A stretch of 64,000 nucleotides of DNA, taken from assembly GCF_009914755.1 (NCBI RefSeq), contig NC_060942.1. The stretch is one strand, 5' to 3'. The notes below the pieces were generated by a model. It was not told where the DNA came from, ran no database searches, and saw only the letters and a program-made list of their open reading frames with translations. Position numbers and translations under genes: made by a program. Positions 42,860 through 59,830 of the stretch are shown piece after piece. The DNA is from the human T2T-CHM13v2.0 reference genome, Homo sapiens. Position 1 is the stretch's first letter; each line of letters begins with the position of its first letter.

Positions 42860-43040
42860 CAGTCACTGTCACTTATTAGCCCTCCCAGCCACCCAGGGAA
42901 GTAGACATTATTATCCCACATTACAGAAAAGGGAGCCAAGGCATGGAATGCTGAGTGATGGCCATGCTCACACAGTACGCAGGTGGCGATGCTGGGATTT
43001 GAACCTATGAGTGTAACATGGGTACAGTGTCTGGGCTCCC
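42860..43040 (-). mobile_element. MIR SINE
   Basis: attattatcccacattacaga...gctgggatttgaacc. Confidence 0.65.
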
Positions 43041-43573
43041 ACCACTCTGCAAACTGGCTTTGAGAACTTGAGATGAGTTCTCAGACTTGGACTTGAACAT
43101 AGACTTCACAGAGACAGTCATTTTTCTTTTTAACTAGGCGTTGAGGGATGAGTTTTTAAATTTGGGATGGGGTGGGTGGGGTTTGGTTCGTTTTCCACAT
43201 GCATAAACAGGCATGGTAGGTTTGGGGAAATGCAGTAACTTGCAGGGTGGGTGGTTTAGGATGGACCTGGGGGTGGTGTAAGCATACAGCCGGTTAGCCC
43301 ATGACAATCAGGTTTTCATTTGTAGGTCTAGCATAATAATGGCATCCACTTTTTCTCTTTGAAGAGCCTGGGTCTGGCTGGTGTTACACGGTCCCTTCAA
43401 CTACGGAGGCCTGCTCATGCGGGGCCCTGAATGACATGCTACGGAGTCTGGATTTGATTCTCTGGGTGGGGAGGTGAAACATGTTTGATGACTCAAATTG
43501 CTTGGAAAAAGAAAGGAGTGCAGGAAGGAGACCTGTCCTTATAGGAACAAAGGACTTACTTTGTAGGATTGCT

Positions 43574-43732
43574 ATGAAAATGAAATGAAATGAAATGAAA
43601 TGGGTTTAGAACATGTAGTAAAATGCTCAAGAACTATTAGGTCCTCCTCTCTTTCCTTTTTTTTTCTCCTTATTCCTTTTTCTCCTTGGGCTCTTCCTTC
43701 CCCCCTTCTCCTCCTCCTCTTTTTTTTTTTTG
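43574..43732. repeat. (GAAAT)n repeat followed by a ~90-nt polypyrimidine tract
   Basis: Read directly from the sequence. Confidence 0.8.
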
Positions 43733-44349
43733 AACCATAACCACTCTCTCTGCAGCTCTTATTCCCTGATGTCTCTGTCTGTGTAAGCAAAACCTGGGGA
43801 GCTTGCAGGGGGGCAAGCACAAGGGAGGGATAGTAGATTTGCCCTCAGAAACAGAATTCATGGAGCACCCAAGGTAGCCTGGAGGTGGGGAGGCAGCCCA
43901 TGTCCCTAAACCCTGTTTCTAGCATTTTTGAAGCTCAGCAGACCCAGCTGAAGGCTGTTACATTGTATGATTACTCAACCTCAACCTGGCAGTAGGAAGG
44001 GAAAAATGCCCAACGACTGAAAGTCCACATTTTAATTCTTCCAGCTGGGATTCTGGTTAGGGTCATGTTACCAATATAAACAGCACAAAGCCTGGAGTGT
44101 AATATTAATATCTGATAGACTGAGCATCACACATCAGCATCACATATCAAACACAGTGTGTTTTTGAAGCCGATATCAAATAATGTTTCTCCTCTTCATT
44201 ATGTTCCCTTTGTTCTAGGGCAGTAGAAAAGAAACGAGTGAAGCGTCCCTGGTCACATTACTTTGGGAGTTGGTAACAGCAGGCCAAACAGCGAGCCAGA
44301 GAAGGGCTGGGGAAATTATCATTCATAAAGCACCGTCGGTGTAGCAAGG

Positions 44350-44500
44350 ATATGGTACACACTAAGTTCATCCTTCCAACAATCTTATGGGTAGGGATTA
44401 TTATGCCCATTTTACGGATGAGGAAACTGTGCCAAGAGATTAAATAGTTAATGGCTGTACCAAGAGTGAGTGCTGGAGCTGGGATTTAACCACAAATGCT
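44350..44500 (-). mobile_element. MIR SINE
   Basis: cccattttacggatgaggaaactg core. Confidence 0.8.
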
Positions 44501-44778
44501 TCATAAGAACAGCCGTATTTTTGCAAGTACCAACACCCAAATGTCACACAAAGAACATCCATAGGTAATTTCATAGTGATGGATGAGCCTGATGTTGGAA
44601 CTGTTTATGGCTTATTGTAAGTGAGTAGGAGGGACATAGTCACCATGGACTCAAAATGCAGAGAGAGGAGTAGTGAAACCTAAAATGAGTGGCAAGGATT
44701 GAAAACCTGGAGGGAGTAAGATACTAAGTAAAATACATAGGCAAACAATGTAGTATGATAGCCACTGGTAAGTGCTAC

Positions 44779-45345
44779 CGTCAGAGGCGTTGGAACCAGA
44801 GCAACTCCATCTTGAATAGGGGCTGTGTAAAATGAGGCTGAGACCCACTGGTCTGCATTCCCAGGAGGTTAGCATTGTTAGTCACAAGATGTTTACAGTC
44901 AAGGGAACAAGTTAATAATGTTTACTGAACAGATCCAGGACATAACAGACCCAGGAAATGTCCGGATGCTTGAATATCTAAAGAACAAAAGAGTTCTTAG
45001 TTTAAGTTTCACTTTAAAGATAATAATATAGATTATTGCAGAAGACAGTAGTTACACAAACCTTAACAATCCTTTATCACGAGCCCTTGTAGTAAAGCAC
45101 ATCTTCCCCATGATTATTTTTGCCTTGCCAGCTTATGTATAAACAGGCATTGCACCTAAGGTGGGCATGCTTCTCCTCTTGCTTTTGGGAATGCCTTGCT
45201 GTGCCTATGGAGTAGCCATTCTTTTGGTTCTTTACTTCTCTAATAAACTTGCTTTTACTTTACTCTGTGGCCTCACCCTGAATTTCTTGTGTGAGATCTA
45301 ACAACCTTCTTTTGGGGTCTGGATCAGGACCCCTTTCTGGTAACA
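44779..45345 (+). mobile_element. MER41 (MER41C-like) ERV1 solo LTR
   Basis: gtcagaggcgttggaaccagagcaactccatcttgaatagg start, aataaa signal, ggggtctggatcaggacccctttctggtaaca end; 4-bp TSD ctac/ctat. Confidence 0.92.
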
Positions 45346-45409
45346 CTATGGAAAAAAAAAAGAGGAAAAAAGATGGAGAGTTTTGGAGAAAACTTGGTTT
45401 TATTTGAAA

Positions 45410-45575
45410 TTAATTAATTGTGTCAATATTAAGTGAACTTCTCTGTTCTTCCAAACTGTAAGCTCCATGAGGCCGTGGTTGTGTTTATTTTGTTCACCAG
45501 CTACTTTCAGTGTCTCTAGCAGGGTTTGGCATGTAGTAGGTTTTCACTTCGTATTTATTAAATGAACAAATGAAT
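45410..45575 (+). mobile_element. L2 3' end
   Basis: actgtaagctccatgagg...ggcatgtagtagg...aatgaacaaatgaat. Confidence 0.75.
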
Positions 45576-45963
45576 GTGCACAGGAATTCTGGTGTATAGA
45601 TGACTTCAGAAGTGGATGCCCCTCCTCTCGTCATTCCGCCATGTTTGGAACTCAGCCTCCCTTTGAATTTGGCTCAGCTTCTCCTCTTCCCACTTGTTTA
45701 GTTCTCTAGTCAGTTTACTCCCCCACTCTGTGCCATGATTGTTTTAATCCTTCTCTGCAAGCCATTCTTCCCCTCACTCTCCTCTTAGCAAACACACACA
45801 CCCTACTCACACCAAATAAATACAATTGTCCTTTCACTTCTCAGAGAAAACACATGGAATTGGAAAAGAATTCCTCCAGGTTTCTGACAGTACATCTACA
45901 AAACTACATACTCCATTGCTATCTCAACTCCTTGCCTCCTGCTATGTCAAAAGAGTCCTTTCT

Positions 45964-46308
45964 TGAGTCCATGTCCTTTTCAGGGACATGGATGAAGCTG
46001 GAAACCATCATTCTCGGCAAAATAACATAGAAAAGAAAACCAAACACCGCATGTTCTCACTCATAAGTGGGAGTTGAACAATGAGAACACATGGACACAG
46101 GGAGGGGAACATCACACACTGAGGCCTGTCAGAGGGTGGGGGGCTAGGGGAGGGATAACATTAGGAGAAATACCTAATGTAGATGACAGTTGATGGGTGC
46201 AGCAAACCACCATGGCACGTGTATACCTATGTAACAAACCTGCACATTCTGCAAATGTATCCCAGAACTTAAAGTATAATAAATTTAAAAAAAAGATACA
46301 TGAGAAAA
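45964..46308 (+). mobile_element. 5'-truncated L1PA (L1PA7/8-like) 3' end
   Basis: ORF2 end plus 3'UTR (gtagatgac, gcaaaccaccatggcacg); TSD aaaaga(g/a)tcctttct. Confidence 0.93.
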
Positions 46309-46349
46309 AAAAGAATCCTTTCTGTCTGGATCAGTTCCCCACTGTGCTA

Positions 46350-47063
<714 letters not shown>

Positions 47064-48521
47064 TTCATCTCCTCTTACCTCTGAGAAACCTTAGATTAGC
47101 ACTTCTTATGTTTTTCAACCTCCTTTCTTTCCAGGACTTTTCCTAAACACAAGTTCAGACTTCTCTCATCTTTAAAAATCTCCCCCTTTCATCTCTCTCT
47201 CTCCTTCTTTCCCAGAAGACATCTATATGTGTAAACTGTCTCCATTCCTTCTCCCGCTTCTCCCAGTCAATATTTGAACACCCAACCCAGTCTGACTTTG
47301 CAAAGTCAAAGTCACCAGTCACTGGGATTCTACTAAATCCAATGGGTGCCACTGGGCAGCATCCAATGTTTTTGACCATTCCTTCCTTCTGGAAAAACAT
47401 TCTTTCCTTAAGGTTGGTCTCCTGACCCTTCCAACTTCTCTGGTTACTTCTCAGTCTCTTTGGCTAGTTCTTCCTTCCCTTTGGGAATTTTAAAAATTCT
47501 TCAATCTTCTCGACCCAGTTCCAAGATGACCGAATGGGAACAGCTCCAGTCTACAGCTCCCAGCGTGAGCGACGCAGAAGACGGGTGATTTCTGCATGTC
47601 CAACTGAGGTACCAGGTTCATCTCACTGGAGCTTGTTGGACAGTGGGTGCAGCCCACGGAGTGTGAGCTAAAGTAGGGGAGGGCATCACCTCACCCGGGA
47701 AGGCCAAGGGGTCAGGGAATTCCCTTTCCTAGAAAAAGGAAGCCATGACAGACAGTACCTGGAAAATCAGGACACTCCCACCCTAATACTGCACTTTTCC
47801 AACGGTCTTAGCAAATGGCATACCAGGAGATTATATCCCACGCCTGGCTCAGAGGGTCCCACGCCCATGAAGCCTTGCTCACTGCTAGCACAGCAATCTG
47901 AGATCAAACTGCAAAGCAGCAGCAAGGCTGGGGGCGGGGCGTCCACCATTGCTGAGGCTTGAGTAGGTAAACAAAGTGGCGGGAAGCTTAAACTGGGTGG
48001 AGCCCACTGCAGCTCAAGGAGGCCTGCCTGCCTCTGTAGACTCCACCTCCGGGGGCAGGGCATAGCGGAACAAAAGGCAGCAGAAACTTCTGCAGACTTA
48101 AACGTCCCTGTCTGACAGCTTTGAAGAGAGTAGTGGTTCTCCCAGCATGGAGTTTGAGATCTGAGAATGGACAGACTGCCTCCTCAAGTGGGTCCCTGAC
48201 CGCCAGGTAGCCTAACTGGGAGACACCTCCCAATAGGGGCTGACTGACACCTCATACAGCCAGATGCCCCTCTGAGACGAAGCTTCCAGAGGAAGGATCA
48301 GGAAGCAACATTTGATGTTCTGCAATATTTGTTGTTCTGCAGCCTCCACTGGTGACACCCAGGCAAACAGGGTCTGGAGTGGACCTCCAGCAAACTCCAA
48401 CAGACCTGCAGTTGAGGGTCCTGACTATTAGAAGGAAAACTAACAAACAGAAAGGACATCCACCAAAACCCCATCTGTATGTCACCATCATCAAAGACCA
48501 AAGGTAGATAAAACCACAAAG

Positions 48522-49532
48522 ATGGGGAGAAACCAGAGCAGAAAAGCTGAAAATTCTAAAAAACAGAGTCCCTTTTCTCCTCCAAAGGAATGCAGCTCCT
48601 CGCCAGCAACAGAACAAAGCTAGATGGAGAATGACTTTGACCAGTTGACAGAAGTAGGCTTCAGATGATTGGTAATAACAAACTTCTCTGAGCTAAAGAA
48701 GGATGTTCAAACCCATCGCAAAGAAGCTAAAAACCTTGAAAAAAGATTCAATGAATGGCTAACTAGAATAAACAGCGTAGAGAAGACCTGATGGAGGTGA
48801 AAACCGTGGTGCGAGAACTACGTGACGCAGGCACAAGCTTCAATAGCTGATTCGATCAAGTGGAAGAAAGGGTATCAGTGACTGAAGATCAAATGAATGA
48901 AATGAAATGAGAAGTTTAGAGAAAAAAGAGTAAAAAGAAATGAACAAAGCCTCCAAGAAATATGGGGCTATGTGAAAAGACCAAATCTACGTCTGATTGG
49001 TGTACCTGAAAATGACGAGGAGAATGGAACCAAGTTGGAAAACACTCTTCAGAATATTATTCAGGAGAACTTCCCCTAGCTAGCAAGGGAGGCCAACATT
49101 CAAATTCAGGAAATACAGAGAATGCCACAAAGATACTCCTTGAGAAGAGCAACTCCAAGACACATAATTATCAGATTCACCAAAGTTGAAATGAAGGAAA
49201 AAATATTAAGGGCAGACAGAGAGAAAGGTTGGGTTACCCACAAAGGGAAGCCCATCAGACTAACAGCAGATCTCTTGGCAGAAACTCTACAAGCCAGAAG
49301 AGAGTGGGGGCCAATATTCAACATTCTTAAAGAAAAGAATTTTCAACCCAGAATTTCATATCCAGCCAAACCAAGCTTCATAAGTGAAGGAGAAATAAAA
49401 TCATTTACAGACAAGCAAATGCTGAGAGATTTTGTCACCACCAGGCCTGCCTTACAAGAGCTCCTGAAGGAAGCACTAAACATGGAAAGGAACAACCAGT
49501 ACCAGCCACTGCAAAAACATGCCAAATTGTAA
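48522..49532 (+). pseudogene. L1 ORF1p, disrupted
   Basis: ATGGGGAGAAACCAG start, several in-frame stops; C-terminal fragment MPQRYSLRRATPRHIIIRF...QKHAKL. Confidence 0.93.
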
Positions 49533-49595
49533 AGACCATCAATGCTAGGAAGAAACTGCATCAACTAACGAGCAAAATAACCAGCTAACATCATA

Positions 49596-53377
<3,782 letters not shown>

Positions 53378-53599
53378 ACAATAAGAACACATGGACACAG
53401 GGTGGGGAACATCACACACTGGGGCCTGTCGTGGGGTAGGGGGAGGAGGGAGGGATAGCATTAGGAGACATACCTAATGTAAATGACAAGTTAATGGGTG
53501 CAGCACACCAACATGGCACATGTACACATATGTAACAAACCTGCACATTGTGCACATGTACCCTAGAACTTAAAGTATAATAAAAAATATCCTTCAATC

Positions 53600-54265
53600 T
53601 ACCTACTTCTCTCCACCTGTACTGCCACAATTTCAATCCAAAGCATCAACTTCTTCCATCTTGACTAGTTCAATATGCTTCTGAACATCCTAGGCAAGAC
53701 CACTCTTCAGAGGCATGCTACACACTGCCAGGATTATTTCTCTATGTGAACTCCTTTAATGAGTTGCCAGTATGCTTAGATTAAAAATGAATAGCAGCAA
53801 TGGTCCTAGTCATGACCTGGCAGGCTCTGCATGTTCTCTATGGCTTCCCTCTTCAGTTTCATCTCAGACGTCTCTATCAGCTACTTTCTGCTGTGGACTA
53901 TACTGGCTTTCTCTTAGTCCCTCAAATAATCACATTTCTTTCAGCATCAAGGCCTTTGCGTAAACTTGTCTCTTTGAATGTTCCTGCCTCCTCTCTTGCT
54001 AAACTCCTGTTTATCCTTCAGGAACAAACATCCTTGAGAAGTTCCCCAGAACCTCTCAGGACTGTATTGAGTCTTTCTGTTCCAGGCTCCCATGGTACCT
54101 GGTCATAATAGTTATTACAGTGGTCTATTTGTGTAGTGTTGGTTTAATCTCTCTTCTGCTAGTTTGTAAGTCCACAAGGACTATTTTAAGTCTCATTCTT
54201 TCACCTCTATGCTCCCAGCATCAAGAACAGTGCCTAGGCCAAGTAGAAACAATGAATGAGAGAAT
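53600..54265 (+). mobile_element. L2 3' portion (continuation of the L2 at ~45700-47490)
   Basis: L2 body motifs ending agaacagtgcctaggccaagtag...aatgaatgag. Confidence 0.7.
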
Positions 54266-54589
54266 AAACTAACTTCAATTTTCAAAACCATTATCTCCAA
54301 GGTAAGTCTGTAAGACTGTTGTACATGATATTAGTATACTTCTGAGGTTTAAACCCAGGCCCTTACCTTATCTAATTCCTTCTTCATCTCAGCTCCCCTT
54401 CCCAACTGAGTTTGGGACTGTTTATGCAGATATCCACTGTCACCACCCACCTCTACAAGTTCTGTTTTGAGTATGTTTCCCTCCCAAATACTCTCTAGTT
54501 CTCATCTTCTCCATTTCAGCTATTGGTGTCACTGTTTTCTTTACCTCTTTAATGCTAAAGCCAAAGAAACCTTAAAAATAGCTTTCAGA

Positions 54590-55740
54590 GTTCTCTCTTG
54601 ATTACAAAAATGATATATGTTCATTGTAGAAATTAAAAAATATATTTTTTAAAACCAAGAAAATAAAAACGACTTACTTTCTAAGGAGAAATAATCATCA
54701 TAAATATTTTGGTATATACAATTTCCAACTTTGTCTATGCATACATCCACATTATTTTGAAAATGTGGTAGAGTTTTGCTTTCCTTTTTTTAGTCAACAT
54801 TTCTGTTACAGGAATTTTTAAAATAGAGAACTGTATAATGAATAATTATCAACATTTTGTCATTCTTGTTTTACATGATTCCTTTACTTTTGAGCATTGT
54901 AAAGCAAATCCCAAAGTTCATATAATTTTATCCTTTAAGATCAATTCAGTATATATCTCCAACACAGAAAACTTTTAAAAATTATAACTAAAATGTCATT
55001 ACTATTCCTAACAAAAGTGACATTAAATCCTCACTTTCATCTAGTACTGAGTCCATATTTTGTTTTTCTGATCATGTCAATAGAGTCTTTTTTCAGTTAA
55101 TTTTTTTGAATTAGAATCTAAAGTCATCTACATATTGCATTATATATATGCAGATTTTTAGAAAATTAGGAAGATATTGTGCAAAATGTTTATAATCTCT
55201 TTTTACTTAAAAACATATTATGCACATGTTCCCACATGTTAAATATTTTTCTTCAGTGATTCTAATTTCCATACAGTAGTCTCTACTTTTTACATCCAAC
55301 ATCTTATTATTGAGCATTTAGCTTATTTTCAATTATATCTCCCATGAGTAAGGCTTTGATGTGCACACTTAGACATGAGACCTGGGCCCAGGGTGAATAA
55401 ATATATTGGTTAGTTTTTGATACTGCTAAATTGCTGTCCAGAAGGGTTACATTAATAACCTTCCCATGAGCAGTGTATTAGTTGTAAACACTCATTATCA
55501 TTGAAGAATCATTATTATTTTTACCCAAATCAACAAGCAAAAACAGCTTGTTATTGTTTTTATTTACATTCCTTAGTGTGGTGAAACATGACTTCATATA
55601 TTTAATAGCCATTCAGATTTCCTTGAAAAATTGCATGTTCATATCCTTCGTCGTGTTTTTAATTTGTTTTTCATTTTATTATTGATTTGTATGGGCTTTG
55701 TACTTTACTGAGGCTGTTATAAATGTTGCAAATATTGTAT
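54590..55740 (-). mobile_element. Old L1 (L1ME/MC-type) 3' fragments
   Basis: atatgttcattgtagaaa, ctaaattgctgtccagaaggg, catatatttaatagccatt antisense L1M motifs. Confidence 0.6.
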
Positions 55741-55749
55741 TTCTGGAGT

Positions 55750-56520
55750 TTCTTGTCAGCCCTTTCTAGAATTATGTTTCTTCCTCCCTCTCATATCTTT
55801 AATCTACCCTAATTTTTAATCACTTGTTCTTTCACAAATTCTTCAATATGTCAACTTCTTTCTGATATCACAATGCTGTGACTCTAACTGAACTTCTTGA
55901 TGGCTCTTCCTTCTGATTGATTTGTGTGTTTTTTTAACTCCATTCTCTTTCCTAGTCCATTGTGAAGGCTGCTGCCTAATGAATATTTCTCTGATCACTT
56001 TCCTCATACTGCTCCTCTATTCACAACTGGACAATGGCCTTTTATTGTACATCAGATGAAATCTAAACCCCTCAGCTCAGCATTTAATAACATCTACAGT
56101 TTGACTTAAACTCTCCTTTCTAAACTTATTTCTCATTCTTTTCCACAGGGGCCATCCATGGAGGGCTGGATGGTGTCCTCACTCTCCCATCACACAGCTC
56201 TTCTGATGATGTTTTTGCTTGTCTTTCTGGAAGTTCGCTCTGATCCAAAATTACATCTGCAAGGGGCAGCTGAAGTCCATCAGTTCTGTGAAGTCTTCTG
56301 GGAGTTGCCTCAGCCTAGAGATCTCTTCCTCCATTTCTCCAAATATTTCAGTTAGCTCTAAATGAACAATTAGCATCTCCTAATTGTGCAACTATTTAAT
56401 TTTGGTTTCCTCAACCAAGGAGTTAATCCCTTTCTGAGGGCAGGTACTGTCAACTTCTTTTGATTTTTCTACACTGCATGTGGCCATCCCAGATAACTCA
56501 CTAACAATAAATTCTTGATG
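55750..56520 (+). mobile_element. L2 fragment
   Basis: ctgatcactttcctc...aatctaaacccctcagctcagcatttaa...gagggcagg. Confidence 0.6.
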
Positions 56521-57579
56521 ACATGACTCTACATGGTAAGACGGCACTACTCACTTGCCAAGAGCCAAACAGATATTTTGGAATCATTTCCCAGATAGTG
56601 ATAAAAAATGGGCACAGACCATTTGTAATCTTTCATCCCATCTTCCTTTTGACTAGTGTCATCCCTGTAAACCATGAGTGATCAGGATTACATCTCTACA
56701 TTCAGCAGGAGTAGAATAGAATTTCCATTTGCACACAAAACTGACTCACTGAGAGCAATTTAGTGATCTCAGTAGATGGGCCTGCTGCATGGAAAGGCAG
56801 CCAACAGATGGGGAGTGTCCCTATCTTAGCCAGAGGAGGGGAAAGTATGGGATTCAATCTGTTTCTTTAAAAGCTGAAGGATAAACTGAAGATGATGTTC
56901 ATAAAAACTGTATTTCCATTGTTAAGGAGAAAAATAGATAGGTAAGCTCAGCCCTCTTTTGATAAAAGTTGAACAGAGAGGTGAAAAAGGGAATCCATTT
57001 GTTTATGCACTTATCCTAAAGAGAACATTGAAAGTCAAGGGGGTATGTCCAGTGGTTTGCAAAGTGGTGTCTCCAGGGGACATTTACAGTCAATGTCATC
57101 TACAGAAAGTTGCTGTCTTTGCTATAGTGAAGGGCAAATCATCTCCCAATTGCGCTGCTTTTCAAGATTCCATGAGGAGCTCTACTCTTGAAAATTTCTG
57201 AATCAAAATAGAATCTTAAGGAGTCTAATTCTAAATACAAACTTCATGTGTAAGATTCTCGCCATGGCTGTATGGCAGCTTTTTAAAGAAAGTATGAGAA
57301 TGGTGTATTTTATCCAAGTGCTTGTTGCTGTTTTGCTCACTGGTGTCCTAAGCACCTAGAAAAGTCCTTGGCAGTTTTTAGGTGCACAATAAGTATTTAA
57401 TTTTATTATTCCTAAATTATTGGTTCGATGATTGGGTGTATACAAGTGCATATGTGGATATGTGCATTTGAATGGAGAGAAAGAAAAAGTACATGCTTAC
57501 TCTCTGTGCTATAATGTCTCAAATATTAAATCATGACATATGATAATAATGGTCATTTTTAAGTTACAAAGTTCTTTCA

Positions 57580-57830
57580 CCATTCATTCATTCAGTTGTT
57601 ATTTATTGGGTGCCAAATTATGTACCAGGCAGTGTGGTGGGATACCAGGGATACAGACATGCGCCTGCCTGTATATGTTTACAAATCTAGGTGGAAAAAA
57701 TAGGTAAATAAATAGACTGCTACAGTGCGTTGTGAAATACAATGGTAATTAAAGGGGGCGTAGGGCATCAGGGATGGCTTCCCCAAGGAAGTGCTGCTCA
57801 AACTGAGATTGAAGGTGGAAAGCCCTACCT
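57580..57830 (-). mobile_element. L2 3' end
   Basis: cattcattcattcagttgttatttattgggtgcc...ccaggcagtgtg. Confidence 0.75.
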
Positions 57831-58459
57831 AAGGGTCTGGCCCAGATGGAAAAAAGACAGAGGTATGTCTGCTCTCCTGTGCAAGGAGGGTCCCTTTCCT
57901 GTTCTTTCTTCAAGAATCTGCTGCCCCTACTCCCCACTCTCAACTGGTAAATTCTGCCAATGCCCTTGCTAGTTTGGCACTCCCAGTTCTGGGCAGAGGA
58001 GGGTACTGACTGAGGGTGGCTTGGTATATCTGTAGTCTGCCGCTATCTCTCCATCCAGCGCCCAAGACCAGTGGCCATGGCCTGCAGGACTCCTCTACAT
58101 GCTGGTGGGCAGTGCCACTGTTCCTGCCTAAGTGCTGTCCCTGGGCTCTTGGAGCACCCTGGTGCCATCGTTTTTTAGAATAGTTTGCTTTCTGCTTTAG
58201 CCTCCTGAGTAGATGCAGGCAGGACAGTGTCACTAGTGAGATCCTCATCCTTTTCTCTACTTCAGGAAGAATGGGGAGACTAATGTATTGTGCTGAGCTC
58301 ATTTGTTTGAATTTGAGGGGCCTAGAGTTCTTTCCTGGTCTTCCTTCCCCTCAGGGGTCAATTGAAGCTCTCATATGGCCTCTCTTCTCAGCTGCTATGT
58401 GGAGGAACAATTAAGCAGAATGTGGTCCCTGACGTACCATCTGTCAAGTGAAGGAAATA

Positions 58460-58640
58460 TAATAATAAGGACCGTGATTTAGTGAGCACCTACTATGTGC
58501 CAAAAACTTTGCAATCATGAGCTCTAATGATATCAACAACCTAGCAAAGTAACTGTGGGTATTAGGTGAGACTCAAAGAAGTGTAATCATGTGTCCAGGG
58601 CGATACTGGGGATTCAAATTCTTCTGCATCTTGCTCTAAG
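58460..58640 (-). mobile_element. MIR SINE
   Basis: gagcacctactatgtgcca...ggattcaaa. Confidence 0.65.
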
Positions 58641-59429
58641 GCTATGGTCTTCGTAGAATGTCATGAGACTACTCACACACCTCATCATACTCCTAATACC
58701 TCTTTGCAATGTAGTATAGAAAATGCAACAATAGAATTATGTGTTAGGGACAGTGATAAAAGAGATGCAAGACTAATTATGCCTAGGGACAGTGGAGAAT
58801 TCACTAAGAAGATGATGCTTGAGTCAGACCATGAAGTATGAGTAAGAGTTTGAGGAGCAAATAAAGGAGAGACAGAACATTGGAGACAGAGTTAGAGTAG
58901 AACTCAGGGTCCAGTCCTGGCTCGGCCAACATGGTTTGTATATACAAGAATAAGATACTTGGCTGTTTTGGGTCTCCATCTCCTCTTCACAGACAAAATG
59001 TTACAATAGCTACCTACAGATCTTCACTAAGGTCCCTTCTGGTTTGGAACATACGATGCTACATCAGAAAACCCTAGGCCGGTTTTCTTGTTTCCACAGA
59101 TAAGCATCAAACTCCTTGGCCCTACTCTTCTCTGCAGTGGGAAGGGCATTTACCCTTTCAAACTTCCAGAAGCCCATTTAGTAAATTAATGCTGGAGCTA
59201 CTGTGGGATTGAATCACAGCTTGCTGTTGTCATCAGCTTAGCACTCCTAGAGACAGGCTCACACCCAGGCTATCCGGCAGCCAGCTCAGGCGAGAGGGGC
59301 TAATTGTCTTTCCCATTTCCTCCTCTGATTATAGGGATCCTCTTAATGATGAAGGTGGGAAATGCAGCCATTCAAAAGGAAGGAGCATTTAATGTTGTAA
59401 AGTAACATTTCTACATCTAATGGCAAAAG

Positions 59430-59830
59430 CTAAAGATTTTCACTGTAGAAATGGATGAAAAGTAACAGCGAAGAAAAGATCACTTGTCACTTCTTTACTA
59501 TGAGATGATCATGTCAATATCCTATTTTTCAGGCATGTATTTTAGAAAAACATACAGAGAACAATAGTGTGTGATACAAGCTGTTTGTAACCTCTCTTTT
59601 TTCACTTGAGAGTATGATGAAAAAATCCCATCATTAGTGCTCCTCTGAGGCAGTATTTGGAATGCCTTCATAACGTTCTATACCTTATATGGTTTGCTCA
59701 TGATTTGTTTAACCAGTCTTCTATCACTGGGCACGAAGATTGGTTTTGAACTTTTCACAGTCATAAACAACACTGTGATGAACATCTTGCAGCTAAATCT
59801 TTGGGTCCATAAATGATTACCCCTAAGCCT
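59430..59830 (-). mobile_element. Old L1 (L1ME4-like) fragment
   Basis: tttaaccagtcttctatcactgggcac...ataaacaacactgtgatgaacatctt. Confidence 0.6.

Noticed and set aside
54299-54307. Perfect donor AAG|gtaagt, plus isolated sites at 27924, 14240, 56148 and 59099
   Set aside because: No convincing partner site; isolated splice motifs are common by chance
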